Source: Chthoniobacteraceae bacterium
GTDB lineage: Bacteria > Verrucomicrobiota > Verrucomicrobiia > Chthoniobacterales > Chthoniobacteraceae
Reading direction: 5' to 3'
Length of the DNA: 64,000 nucleotides
NCBI GenBank assembly: GCA_031409655.1
Contig: JANNXQ010000239.1
Span: forward strand, 23,616-87,615
The notes under the pieces are model-generated. The model made no database searches and had not been told where the DNA came from. It was given only the letters and a program-made list of their open reading frames with translations. The translations under genes and the position numbers were made by a program. Position 1 is the stretch's first letter, and each line of letters begins with the position of its first letter. Of the stretch, positions 46,467 to 55,415 are shown piece by piece.

Positions 46467-49400
46467 TCACGGACTTTCCGCCTTAACCCGAAGGAATACT
46501 TGCGGCCACGAAACGAGGACTGCGAGGTCGGTCTGGTCGAGTCCGTTCGCGAGGGAAGTCGTAAATTCGTAATAGTGAACTCCATTGCGTGCGGGTATCC
46601 AGTTCACCAGATCGGGAGAGATCTGGTAGCCGTAGCTGAGGTCAGTGGACCAGCGTTGCTTGAAATGACGAAGCCCGAGCGCCGAGCCCTGCCGCCAAAA
46701 GCGCGGCATCCCGGAAACATCCCCAGGCGCATTTGGGTTCGATCCAAAGGCGTAGGCCGCAAATGCGCTGGCTGCTCCATTCGCCGACGACTCGCCGCCG
46801 GACCAATTCTGGAAGGAGTAACCAACGGTCACTTGAAAGCTCGCTGCCACCCATTTGCCGAGCGAATCAGTGGCGCGGACCGTCAGCGTCGCAGCCCCCG
46901 CGACGCCGGGGCGGTATTTCAACGAGAGCCGTCCGGTGCCGGGTTGAACGCCGGAAAAGCGGAAGAGCCCAGGATTCGTATTCCCAGTTAAAGTGTAGCG
47001 GAGCTGAGTGCTGTCTTCCTCGAGGTCTGAGAAATATTGCGAGAGCTGAATGATCGTCGAAGAGGATGGGTCGAAGACCGTTAGATTTCCGAGGCCGATG
47101 GTCGTCGGGGGAGAGTCGAACAGCGCGGTGGTGTAAGACGATTCCGTGTTTGTCGCTCCACTTTCGGGTGTGAGGGTGGCTCCAGTGAAGGCCTCCGTTG
47201 CGGTCGTTCCGTTGACGTTGTAGATAATGCGAAAGGTGTCCGGAACTTGCGTAGAGCCGTTGTGGGAGATTTGCGGAACAACGAAAAAATTCCGGGTTGT
47301 TGTCGGCGGGACATTGAGGTCGGCCGGCTTGGCATTGGCAAGCGAAAGGCTCAGTTTGCCGACATCAAGCGAGAGGTAATAGGTAGTGGAGACGAGCTTA
47401 TCGACTCCCGGCTCAAAGGCCCCAGACGCATTGCTGTCCGCGTAGATGTGCAGGTTCTCGATGAGCTGATTGGCAGCACTGGTCGTGAGTGGGGTGCCGG
47501 CGCCGTCTTCAAAGCGAAGCGCAAGGCTCGCCAGTTTCGCTGAATCCTCGCCTGCGCTTCCACGATTGCTCACGGACACTCGCAGCATGGCATCCCGACC
47601 GGATTCGTAAATCGTCGACGGAGCGATGTCGGTGGCAGTGAGCGAAAACTGACCGCCGGAATTGGCATAAAAGGAGAGGGTGTTGCTGGCCTGCCAAGCC
47701 GACACAACGTCGGTCAGACCGTTGTGATCGAAATCACTGGTCACAACAGCGCGGGCCTCAAATCCACTCGTGCTAATCAATTTGGCGGAGGTCGCTGGAT
47801 TTCCGAATGAACCGCTGCCCAAGTTTTCGAACCAAAGGACGCGGGCCAGCACTTGTTGATCCACTGGGCGAATCGCCGAAACCACCACATCGCTCCGGCC
47901 ATCTTTATTCAGGTCGGCGACAGTCACGCCATAGACTCCCCAGACGCCCGTTCCGATCGGGATGGCGGGCCCAAACGGAGCACTCCCATTGTTTTTGAAC
48001 CAAACCACCTGCCCCGCTTGCACGGTGATCGCGACGACGTCTTTCAATCCATCGCCATCAAGGTCGCCCAGTGCGACCCTGACCGCGCCATATTGAGTAT
48101 TGGAGAGCACCTGACGGCTGAAGGTGCCATTTCCCGTGCCGCGAAGAATGCTTACCGATGAGTCGTTGAACGAGGCAACGGCGAGATCGACGTACCCGTT
48201 GGCGTCCTGATCAATATTTCCGGCGACGACACAAGCCGGACTATCTCCGGAGGCACCTATGGCGGTTCCCGCAGCTCCAACGATGAGGTTTTCCTGACCG
48301 TTTATGAAGTAATTCGGAGCGCCGTGATTTTTATACCAAACCAACTTGCTGGCCCCTAGGACTCCACTAGCCGAAATGATGTCGAGCAATCCGTCGCGAT
48401 CAACATCCGCCACTGCGACCGAGGTCGCACCGGTTGCGGCGGTTGAAATTATCGTCTGACTATTGATCACCCCATTTCCAAGATTGCGATACCAAGCGAC
48501 CTTGCCATCACTGGTCGATGCTGACGCGATGTCGGGAAGCCCGTCACCGGTCAAGTCAGCCGTGACCACGCAGGAGCCGCCGCGAGTGATGCCCGAGAGA
48601 ACCTGCCGCGGACCGAAGGTGCCGCCGTTGTTCTGATACCAAGAGACGCGATCATCGCCCTCGGAAATGCAGACGAGATCCTGCCAGCCGTCGGCATTGA
48701 AGTCCGCACTCGCGACGAAGCTCGGCAGGGATAAGCCGCCACCGACCAACCCTTGGGTCTGTCCCGGGAAAACGACACTACTATGGATGGGCCGTGGGGG
48801 AGGGGGATCGCTGAGAGCGCCGATCGGTTCGTCGTTCCCGGAGTTCGATGCAGCACTCCCAGTGCTGCCTTTCTCGCCTCCGAGAGTGAGCGCGGCGGAA
48901 TTGGTGAGCTGGACGCGGGCGCGCAGGAATTGTTTGGGGGCGTTGCCCAACAAAAGGCATTCGACTAACTCTGAGCCGTCGCCTTTGTCGGATTTGTGGA
49001 GGAAATAATCCACGTCTTTTACGGCAGGCACCCAAGTAACAAGGTCGTTGGACTTCTCGTAGGCGTAGAGCAAGTCGGTGGCGAACTTTGGGCGAAGGTG
49101 GGTAAAGACGCGCGCCGCCATGGTCTGCTGAAGCTTTGGCAGGCCAGCGCGATCGCTGTTCTTCAATGGATGGAGAAAGAATGCGTATTTGAGCAGATTA
49201 GTAACACCACTTTTCGCCGGATCATCTGAGGGGCCGCTCACGCCCGGGCCTCCAGCCGCAGAGTAGGCATTGGCAAAGCCTGCGTAACTACCGATCGGTC
49301 CGACTTTGACCGCGAGGGTAGCGGAGGCTGATTTTCCGACCGAATCGGTCGCCTGGATGGTGACCTGCGTTTCGCCACTGGCGGAGGCTGGCGTGTCCAG

Positions 49401-50261
49401 CGAGAGAATGCCGGTGGATGGATCGATGCCAATGAAGTTCAGGAGGCCTGGATTGGTGTAGCCCGTAACTGCGTAGGTGAGTTGTCCGGGCGCGTCTTCG
49501 AGATCGTGAAAAACTCCGAGGAATGGGACGGCCGCAGGCTTCGAAGTTTCCTGCAGGGCAATGGGACCGAGACTGCCTGCCGTCGGCGCGCTGTTTGCAT
49601 TGATCGTCATCAGCGTCGTCGGGACATCCGCGGTCGGCGCGCTGGTCAGCAAGGCATTCGTGGCCGCATTCCGGACGGTGCTTGCCGCCGAGCCGTCTGC
49701 CAGATGCGTTGCCCGGAGGGTATGCGGGTTCGCGGCAGATGCGCTTTCGGTGAATTTGATCAGGAGAAAATAGGTCGCGGTGGCTCCGGCGGGGATCTGG
49801 AGCAACGCTGGATCGGATCCGGGGAAGGGGAGCGAAAGCGAGCCGTCGGCGGCAATGGGAAGGTGCGAGAATTCCGCGGCGATCGTGTCCAACGCGGGCT
49901 CCAGAATCCCGGAGGAGTTGGAATCTCGGAAGAGGTCCACCCGGTCCACGATGGCCGCCAAGCCAGCTTGGGTGATCGGAGTGGCGACGCCGGACGCGAA
50001 TTTCAGGCCCAAACTGGACCATTGCACGAGGGCCACGCCGCCGCCGGCAGGATTGGCCACGACGATTCGAAGAAGCGGCTTGCTTTCGCCTTCCAGGACT
50101 TGCGCGGAAGCGAGGTTGGTCGCGGTGATTCCAAACTGCTGCGCGAAAAGACCTCCAGCAGACAGCACGAGCAGGACACCCGGAAAAATCGCCCGCCCAA
50201 CGATCAAGAGCGCGCGGACAGTGGCTTTTTGGCCAGGAGGGAGAATAGATTTATTGCTCAA
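46467..50261 (-). CDS. Large secreted FG-GAP/VCBS beta-propeller protein with duplicated flanking modules
   Basis: Signal peptide (TTG start), repeated ADFNADG.QD/ADLTGDG.PD/DLDGDG..D...WY.N.G motifs, cadherin-like Ig units, two SxDLxxW...FLR domains. Confidence 0.88.
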   Translation of the reverse strand: MSNKSILPPGQKATVRALLIVGRAIFPGVLLVLSAGGLFAQQFGITATNLASAQVLEGESKPLLRIVVANPAGGGVALVQWSSLGLKFASGVATPITQAGLAAIVDRVDLFRDSNSSGILEPALDTIAAEFSHLPIAADGSLSLPFPGSDPALLQIPAGATATYFLLIKFTESASAANPHTLRATHLADGSAASTVRNAATNALLTSAPTADVPTTLMTINANSAPTAGSLGPIALQETSKPAAVPFLGVFHDLEDAPGQLTYAVTGYTNPGLLNFIGIDPSTGILSLDTPASASGETQVTIQATDSVGKSASATLAVKVGPIGSYAGFANAYSAAGGPGVSGPSDDPAKSGVTNLLKYAFFLHPLKNSDRAGLPKLQQTMAARVFTHLRPKFATDLLYAYEKSNDLVTWVPAVKDVDYFLHKSDKGDGSELVECLLLGNAPKQFLRARVQLTNSAALTLGGEKGSTGSAASNSGNDEPIGALSDPPPPRPIHSSVVFPGQTQGLVGGGLSLPSFVASADFNADGWQDLVCISEGDDRVSWYQNNGGTFGPRQVLSGITRGGSCVVTADLTGDGLPDIASASTSDGKVAWYRNLGNGVINSQTIISTAATGATSVAVADVDRDGLLDIISASGVLGASKLVWYKNHGAPNYFINGQENLIVGAAGTAIGASGDSPACVVAGNIDQDANGYVDLAVASFNDSSVSILRGTGNGTFSRQVLSNTQYGAVRVALGDLDGDGLKDVVAITVQAGQVVWFKNNGSAPFGPAIPIGTGVWGVYGVTVADLNKDGRSDVVVSAIRPVDQQVLARVLWFENLGSGSFGNPATSAKLISTSGFEARAVVTSDFDHNGLTDVVSAWQASNTLSFYANSGGQFSLTATDIAPSTIYESGRDAMLRVSVSNRGSAGEDSAKLASLALRFEDGAGTPLTTSAANQLIENLHIYADSNASGAFEPGVDKLVSTTYYLSLDVGKLSLSLANAKPADLNVPPTTTRNFFVVPQISHNGSTQVPDTFRIIYNVNGTTATEAFTGATLTPESGATNTESSYTTALFDSPPTTIGLGNLTVFDPSSSTIIQLSQYFSDLEEDSTQLRYTLTGNTNPGLFRFSGVQPGTGRLSLKYRPGVAGAATLTVRATDSLGKWVAASFQVTVGYSFQNWSGGESSANGAASAFAAYAFGSNPNAPGDVSGMPRFWRQGSALGLRHFKQRWSTDLSYGYQISPDLVNWIPARNGVHYYEFTTSLANGLDQTDLAVLVSWPQVFLRVKAESP

Positions 50262-50488
50262 AACGAGGGGAGTTTTGCTCGCCCGGGTTACGGCCAGATG
50301 AACGGTATGTGACAGTGTAAACGCGTTTTTCTGGGAACTCTTTCTGGGGAGGCGAGAGCGACGCGAGCGTCCGCCCGGAAGGGTGGCTGTGCAAGCGTTT
50401 TTATCAAACCCTCAAAGAATCGGGCTTTTGCCCGGTTTTGGGCATTTCAAGCCAATCGGTGGGCCACTCTGGAGAGGGCGAAGTGCCG

Positions 50489-51877
50489 CTAATCCACGGC
50501 GCTCTGCGCTGCCTCCGGCGTCCGCTTAAATTGCAGCCGGACGACCCGCCGCCCGTCCGTCTCGATAATCGTCACGAGATAGTCCTCAATCTTCGCCGTC
50601 TCGCCTTTCTTCGGCAGATGCCCGATGAGGTGGGTGACGTAGCCACCGACGGTGCTCACCTCGTTGCTTTCGATCTCGAGCCCCATCAGATCCTTCAGTT
50701 CGTAGAGGCCGATCGATCCTTCGATGACAAATTCATCCTCACTCACCTGCCGCAGCTCGGGCTTTTCCGCGTCAAATTCGTCCTGAATGTCGCCGACGAG
50801 TTCCTCCAGCACATTGTCCAGGGTCACGATCCCGGTGGTGCCCCCGAACTCATCGACCACGAGGGCCAGATGCGCGTGTTTACTGAGGAAAAAGGTCAGC
50901 AGTTTTTCCAGCGCCATCATCTCCGGCACATGGAGCAGGTCGCGGCGGATGGTGTGAAAATCCGGCGCCGACTCGCGCATCAGTTTGAAGAGATCCTTGA
51001 TGTGGACGAGGCCGATGGTGTTGTCGAGATGGCCTTCGCAGAGCGGGAAGCGGGTGTGCCGCGACTCGATCGCCAGCTTCAGATTTTCCTCGAACGACAC
51101 CTCGGTATTCAGGAAGACGACGTCGCCGCGCGGCGTGGTGATGTCGCGGACCACGCGATCGGCCATGTCGAGCGCGTTGATGAGGATGGTGCGCCCGAGG
51201 GGCGAGACCTCCTCAGCCTTCTCGCTCTCCGCGAGGATCAAGCGCAACTCCTCCTCGCTGTGCGCCAACTCGTGCTCGCTCACGGGCTGCAACTTGAAGA
51301 CGTGTTTGAGAATCAAGTTGGCCGCGCCATTCAAAAACCAGATGGCCGGCTTGAAGATGACGTAAAACAGCCCCAGTGGACGCACGATCACGAGGGTCGT
51401 CGGGAGCGATCGGCGGATGGCCAGGGACTTCGGAGCGAGTTCGCCGAGGACGATGTGGAGGAAAGTGATGACGCCGAACGCCAGCGCCACGGAGACGGTC
51501 CGGATGACGCCTTCCGCCTCGACCCCGACCAGGAAGAAGAATGGTTGGAGCATCCGGGCGAGGAACGGTTCGCCAACCCAGCCTAGCGCCAGACTTGCGA
51601 GGGTGATGCCGAGTTGCGTCGCCGAAAGGTAGGCATCGAGATGCGCCGTGACGTGCCGTGCGAAGACGGCCCGGCTTTCGCCTTCCCCTTCGAGCGCGTC
51701 GATCTGGCTGCTCCGCACCTTGACGATGGCAAACTCCGAAGCCACGAAGAAGCCATTCAGGAGCACCAGGAACATCACCACCGCGAGTTGGAAGAAGATC
51801 GTGCCGCCGGAGTCCCAGGTCCGCGCGATCACTTCTGACGAAGCCAGCGTAAGGAAGGTCATACTCACAAGCTGCAT
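50489..51877 (-). CDS. CNNM/HlyC-CorC family transporter (hemolysin-like, CBS pair)
   Basis: [42 protein letters not shown]...EE.VGDI.DEFD. Confidence 0.95.
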   Translation of the reverse strand: MQLVSMTFLTLASSEVIARTWDSGGTIFFQLAVVMFLVLLNGFFVASEFAIVKVRSSQIDALEGEGESRAVFARHVTAHLDAYLSATQLGITLASLALGWVGEPFLARMLQPFFFLVGVEAEGVIRTVSVALAFGVITFLHIVLGELAPKSLAIRRSLPTTLVIVRPLGLFYVIFKPAIWFLNGAANLILKHVFKLQPVSEHELAHSEEELRLILAESEKAEEVSPLGRTILINALDMADRVVRDITTPRGDVVFLNTEVSFEENLKLAIESRHTRFPLCEGHLDNTIGLVHIKDLFKLMRESAPDFHTIRRDLLHVPEMMALEKLLTFFLSKHAHLALVVDEFGGTTGIVTLDNVLEELVGDIQDEFDAEKPELRQVSEDEFVIEGSIGLYELKDLMGLEIESNEVSTVGGYVTHLIGHLPKKGETAKIEDYLVTIIETDGRRVVRLQFKRTPEAAQSAVD

Positions 51878-51939
51878 CCTGCCGGCAGCGCGGCTTCCGC
51901 GGGAGCGCTATCTTGGTCGTTCATCAGGGTGGGCTCCTG

Positions 51940-51978
51940 AAAAGCAAAACGAGTCGCGGATCAGAGATCCACGACTCG
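51940..51978 (-). terminator. Intrinsic terminator of rpsN
   Basis: Minus strand CGAGTCGTGGATC-TCT-GATCCGCGACTCG then TTTTGCTTTT. Confidence 0.8.
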
Positions 51979-52001
51979 AAATGAAATTCAGGAGGCGGAG
52001 C

Positions 52002-52271
52002 CTACCAGCTCGATTTCGTCACGCCGGGGATCATCCCGTTCGAGGCCAGTTCGCGAAACGCGATCCGGGAAAGCTTGAAGCGACCGATGTAAGCGCGCTT
52101 CCGGCCAGTGGCCTGGCAGCGGCGGCTCATGCGCACTGGGCTCGCGTTTTTTGGCAAAGCTTGCAGGCCGAGGTAGTCGCCCTTCTTCTTGAGTTCAGCG
52201 CGGAGCGCAGAGAATTTTGCCACGGTTGCGGCTTTGCGTTTTTCACGTTCGATCCAGCAGGTTTTTGCCAT
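52002..52271 (-). CDS. rpsN: 30S ribosomal protein S14 (89-aa, Zn-ribbon-less form)
   Basis: MAK, LPKNASPVR, RCQATGR.RA....F.LSRI.FRELA..G.IPGV.KSSW. Confidence 0.96.
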   Translation of the reverse strand: MAKTCWIEREKRKAATVAKFSALRAELKKKGDYLGLQALPKNASPVRMSRRCQATGRKRAYIGRFKLSRIAFRELASNGMIPGVTKSSW

Positions 52272-52290
52272 AGAGGTTTGAAGGGCGGGG

Positions 52291-52318
52291 AAATTAGCGG
52301 GCGAGTCGGGCAATGCAA
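52291..52318 (-). promoter_or_regulatory. Possible sigma70 promoter of rpsN (TTGCAT-16-TAATTT)
   Basis: Minus-strand hexamers ending 20 nt before ATG. Confidence 0.4.
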
Positions 52319-52399
52319 GGGGAAAATCTTGGCCCCGTTTTTCTTTCTTTGCGACGAGGATCGAGACGACACGCGGGCGGACGATGGCTGGTCAAGCGA

Positions 52400-53191
52400 T
52401 CAGCCAGCAAGCAAGGTTGCCACGAACTTCGGAGCGGCGACGGTGAGGCGCTCGCTTTCCGCGAGCAGTCGCCCGCTCCGACGCAAATCCTCTCGCAACT
52501 CCTCCGGTGGCCCGAAGCAAACGAGCGAACGCCGGGCATCGAGGGTCCCGAGCGCCTCGAGGGCGGGGCGATCCGCGAGGATCGCGAAACCAAGGGTGCG
52601 GAAGACGCCTTCGGCCAGGCGCCCGATGGTGTACTCGCCTTTGAACGTGATCAATTTGAACTGCGAAAAGCCCTGCCGCGCGTGAGCCAGATCGGCTTGC
52701 TCCAGGCCTTCCACGGTGCATTTTCCGCCACTCATCGACCGGGGAGGCGGCAGGGTCGTCTCGAGCCAGGAGCGCCGAAACTCGGGCTCCATCCCCAGCG
52801 CGGCATACCAGGCGCGAGCCCGCTGGGATTCGGAGAAAACGTCCACTTTCACCGTCTGAACTCCGCACTCCTGCCACGTCCGAAGGCCATCGATCAGGAG
52901 CAAAGTCCCCAGGCCGTGCCCACGAAAACTTTCCTCTACGTAGAGGTGGTTCAGGATCAGCGCAGCTTCGATCTGCCGCCAGGCGGCCACGCCCGCGGTT
53001 CGGCCATCCACTTCCGCGACGGTGAATCGATCGCCGTTCGGGTTTTCAATCTGATCGCCCACAAACGCGGCAAGCAGCGGGCTCCCGAGGATGGTGATCC
53101 GCTGCACGAGAGCGCTCATGCCAGCGTGCATCAGTGCCGCTATGTCGTCAGCATCGGCGGGCGCGGCTGGGCGGGTAGTGGAGACTGCCAT
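52400..53191 (-). CDS. GNAT family N-acetyltransferase with C-terminal extension
   Basis: LYV...FRGHGLGT.LL acetyl-CoA motif, A.AWY..LG. Confidence 0.8.
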   Translation of the reverse strand: MAVSTTRPAAPADADDIAALMHAGMSALVQRITILGSPLLAAFVGDQIENPNGDRFTVAEVDGRTAGVAAWRQIEAALILNHLYVEESFRGHGLGTLLLIDGLRTWQECGVQTVKVDVFSESQRARAWYAALGMEPEFRRSWLETTLPPPRSMSGGKCTVEGLEQADLAHARQGFSQFKLITFKGEYTIGRLAEGVFRTLGFAILADRPALEALGTLDARRSLVCFGPPEELREDLRRSGRLLAESERLTVAAPKFVATLLAG

Positions 53192-53381
53192 GGAAAGTAA
53201 GGGTGAGCGAAGGGCGGACGCACGATGCTGCATGGCGCCTCTACCGCCAGCAAGGCCAGAGCGTTCGGCGCTGCGCAAACCCGCTTTCACTTTGACCGCA
53301 TTTCGCACTTCCCACGGGCCGCTGCGCTTACCACGCTCCGGGTCCAGTCGGTCCTCCTCCTCGCACCGGCCGGCCATTTTT

Positions 53382-53858
53382 ATGAAAAGCAAAGACTCCC
53401 CTTCATCCTCTCCAGCCAAATCCGAAGTCGGTCGCTACCTCGTGGTCGGCCTCGTTTTTGCCTGCGTGCTTGGGGCGCTTGGCTATTGGCTGTTCCGCGG
53501 ACCCGCGCACTCCGCGACAGGGACTGCGCCCGCAACCGCGTCAACTTCCGCCGCGGTTGATTACTCCCCGCTCCTCGGCCGATGGCAACGGGAAGACGGC
53601 GATTACCTCCTGGAGATTCGGTCCGCAGGTCCAGACGGCACGCTCGATGCCCATTATTTCAATCCGAGTCCCATCAAAGTCGGCAAGGCCATGGGTTTGA
53701 TCGACGGCGGTAAGCTGACGGCATTGGTGGAGTTGCGCGATGTGAACTATCCGGGTTCCACTTACCGGCTGCGGCACACCGGCACGAAGCTTTCGGGGGA
53801 GTATTTTCAAGCGACGCAGGGCGAGACATTCCCGGTGGAATTTTCGAGGCTCCCGTGA
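53382..53858 (+). CDS. Membrane-anchored hypothetical protein
   Basis: One N-terminal TM, GRWQREDGDY, YFNP.PI.V, NYPGSTY.L; GTGA overlap with sulfatase. Confidence 0.7.
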   Translation: MKSKDSPSSSPAKSEVGRYLVVGLVFACVLGALGYWLFRGPAHSATGTAPATASTSAAVDYSPLLGRWQREDGDYLLEIRSAGPDGTLDAHYFNPSPIKVGKAMGLIDGGKLTALVELRDVNYPGSTYRLRHTGTKLSGEYFQATQGETFPVEFSRLP

Positions 53859-55324
53859 AGGCGGCGACGCACCGGGGTTTGGGTGTCGCCGATTCTCGCT
53901 GGCGGCTCAGCGCCGCGCTGGCGTTGCTCCTCGTGCTCAGTGCGTTCCCGACATTTGCGCGCCCGCCGAACGTCGTCTTCATCCTGACCGACAATCAGGG
54001 AGCTTGGACGCTGGGCTGCTATGGCAATAAAGACATCCGCACGCCAAACATCGATCGTCTCGCGGCGGAAGGGATCCGCTTCACCCGCGCCCTCAGCAGC
54101 AATCCCGTCTGCTCACCCACCCGCGCCACCTTCCTGACCGGACTTATCCCTTCGCAACACGGTGTCCACTCCTTCCTCGATCCGAAGTACATGATGGGAC
54201 CCGCAGCCTACAATACCCTCGTAGAATTCACCTCGCTCGGCGAGGTGCTCCGCGACTCAGGCTACGTCTGCGGCTTGAGCGGAAAGTGGCACCTTGGCGC
54301 GAACCTGACACCGTCCGAGGGTTTCAGCTTCTGGGTGACAAAACCCGACGGCTCGACCAGGGAATTTTACGATCAGCAAGTCATCGAGGAGGGAAGAATG
54401 CGGAAGGAGACGGGCTCCACCACCGACCTCTGGACGCGGAAAGGCATCGAATTCATCGAGCAAAACAAAGAGCGCCCATTCTTTCTCTACCTGGCCCACA
54501 ATGGGCCTTACGCGCTGGGAAACTTGATGCTCAACGAGTCCCGCAATCGCCATGTGGAGACTTATCGCAACGCGCGGTTCACGAGCTTCCCAGTCGATGC
54601 CATGCATCCCTGGCAATGGGCCAACAAGCAGTTCCACAACCAGCAAGTGGCGATGGAGCGCGTCGCCTGCGAAGTGAGCGGGGTGGACGACGGGGTGGGG
54701 GAGATCATGAGCACCCTCAAGCGCCTCGGGCTCGACGAAAACACCCTCGTGATCTACGCGTCCGATCAAGGCTGGATGGGTGGACAGAACGGAATGTGGG
54801 GCATGGGTGATCACTTTCGTCCTACCGGCGCGCATGAGTTGATGATGCAGATCCCATTGATCTTTCGGCAGCCGGGTAAGATTCCGAAAGAGCAGACGAG
54901 TGACCTGCTCGTGAGTAACTACGACTTCATGCCAAGTTTGCTGAGTTACCTCGGTTTGAGCGGGACGATGCCGGATCATCCCCAGTCGCCCGGTCGCGAC
55001 TTCTCGCCTGGCCTGCGCGGCGAACGCCACACTTGGGAAAATGTGATCTTCTACGAAATGGAAACGACTCGAGCGATTCGTACGGAAGACTGGAAATACG
55101 TGGCCCGCTTCCCGGATGGGCCCTTTGAACTCTACGACATGCGTGCCGATCCGCAGGAGCGTTTCAACCGCTACGGACAGCCCGGGGCGGACGCGGTCCG
55201 AGCAGAACTCGCCTCGCGCCTCGATGCTTTTTTTTCCCAGAACGCCGATCCGCAATACGACCTCTGGAAAGGCGGACGCTCAAAGGCCAAGCGCCACACC
55301 GGAGATCCCGCAAAACTTCAGTAG
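53855..55324 (+). CDS. Formylglycine-dependent sulfatase (S1)
   Basis: PNVVFILTD, TPNIDRLA, CSPTRA.FLTG, GKWHLG, SDQG, ELYD...DP.E. Confidence 0.95.
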   Translation: MKAATHRGLGVADSRWRLSAALALLLVLSAFPTFARPPNVVFILTDNQGAWTLGCYGNKDIRTPNIDRLAAEGIRFTRALSSNPVCSPTRATFLTGLIPSQHGVHSFLDPKYMMGPAAYNTLVEFTSLGEVLRDSGYVCGLSGKWHLGANLTPSEGFSFWVTKPDGSTREFYDQQVIEEGRMRKETGSTTDLWTRKGIEFIEQNKERPFFLYLAHNGPYALGNLMLNESRNRHVETYRNARFTSFPVDAMHPWQWANKQFHNQQVAMERVACEVSGVDDGVGEIMSTLKRLGLDENTLVIYASDQGWMGGQNGMWGMGDHFRPTGAHELMMQIPLIFRQPGKIPKEQTSDLLVSNYDFMPSLLSYLGLSGTMPDHPQSPGRDFSPGLRGERHTWENVIFYEMETTRAIRTEDWKYVARFPDGPFELYDMRADPQERFNRYGQPGADAVRAELASRLDAFFSQNADPQYDLWKGGRSKAKRHTGDPAKLQ

Positions 55325-55415
55325 GGGTGCAGCGTATTGAATTTTTCGTGTCCTGATTCGCATGGATTGGGCTATAGATTTTTGTACGCCGGGCACCCCG
55401 GACTGCCTTCTTCCC

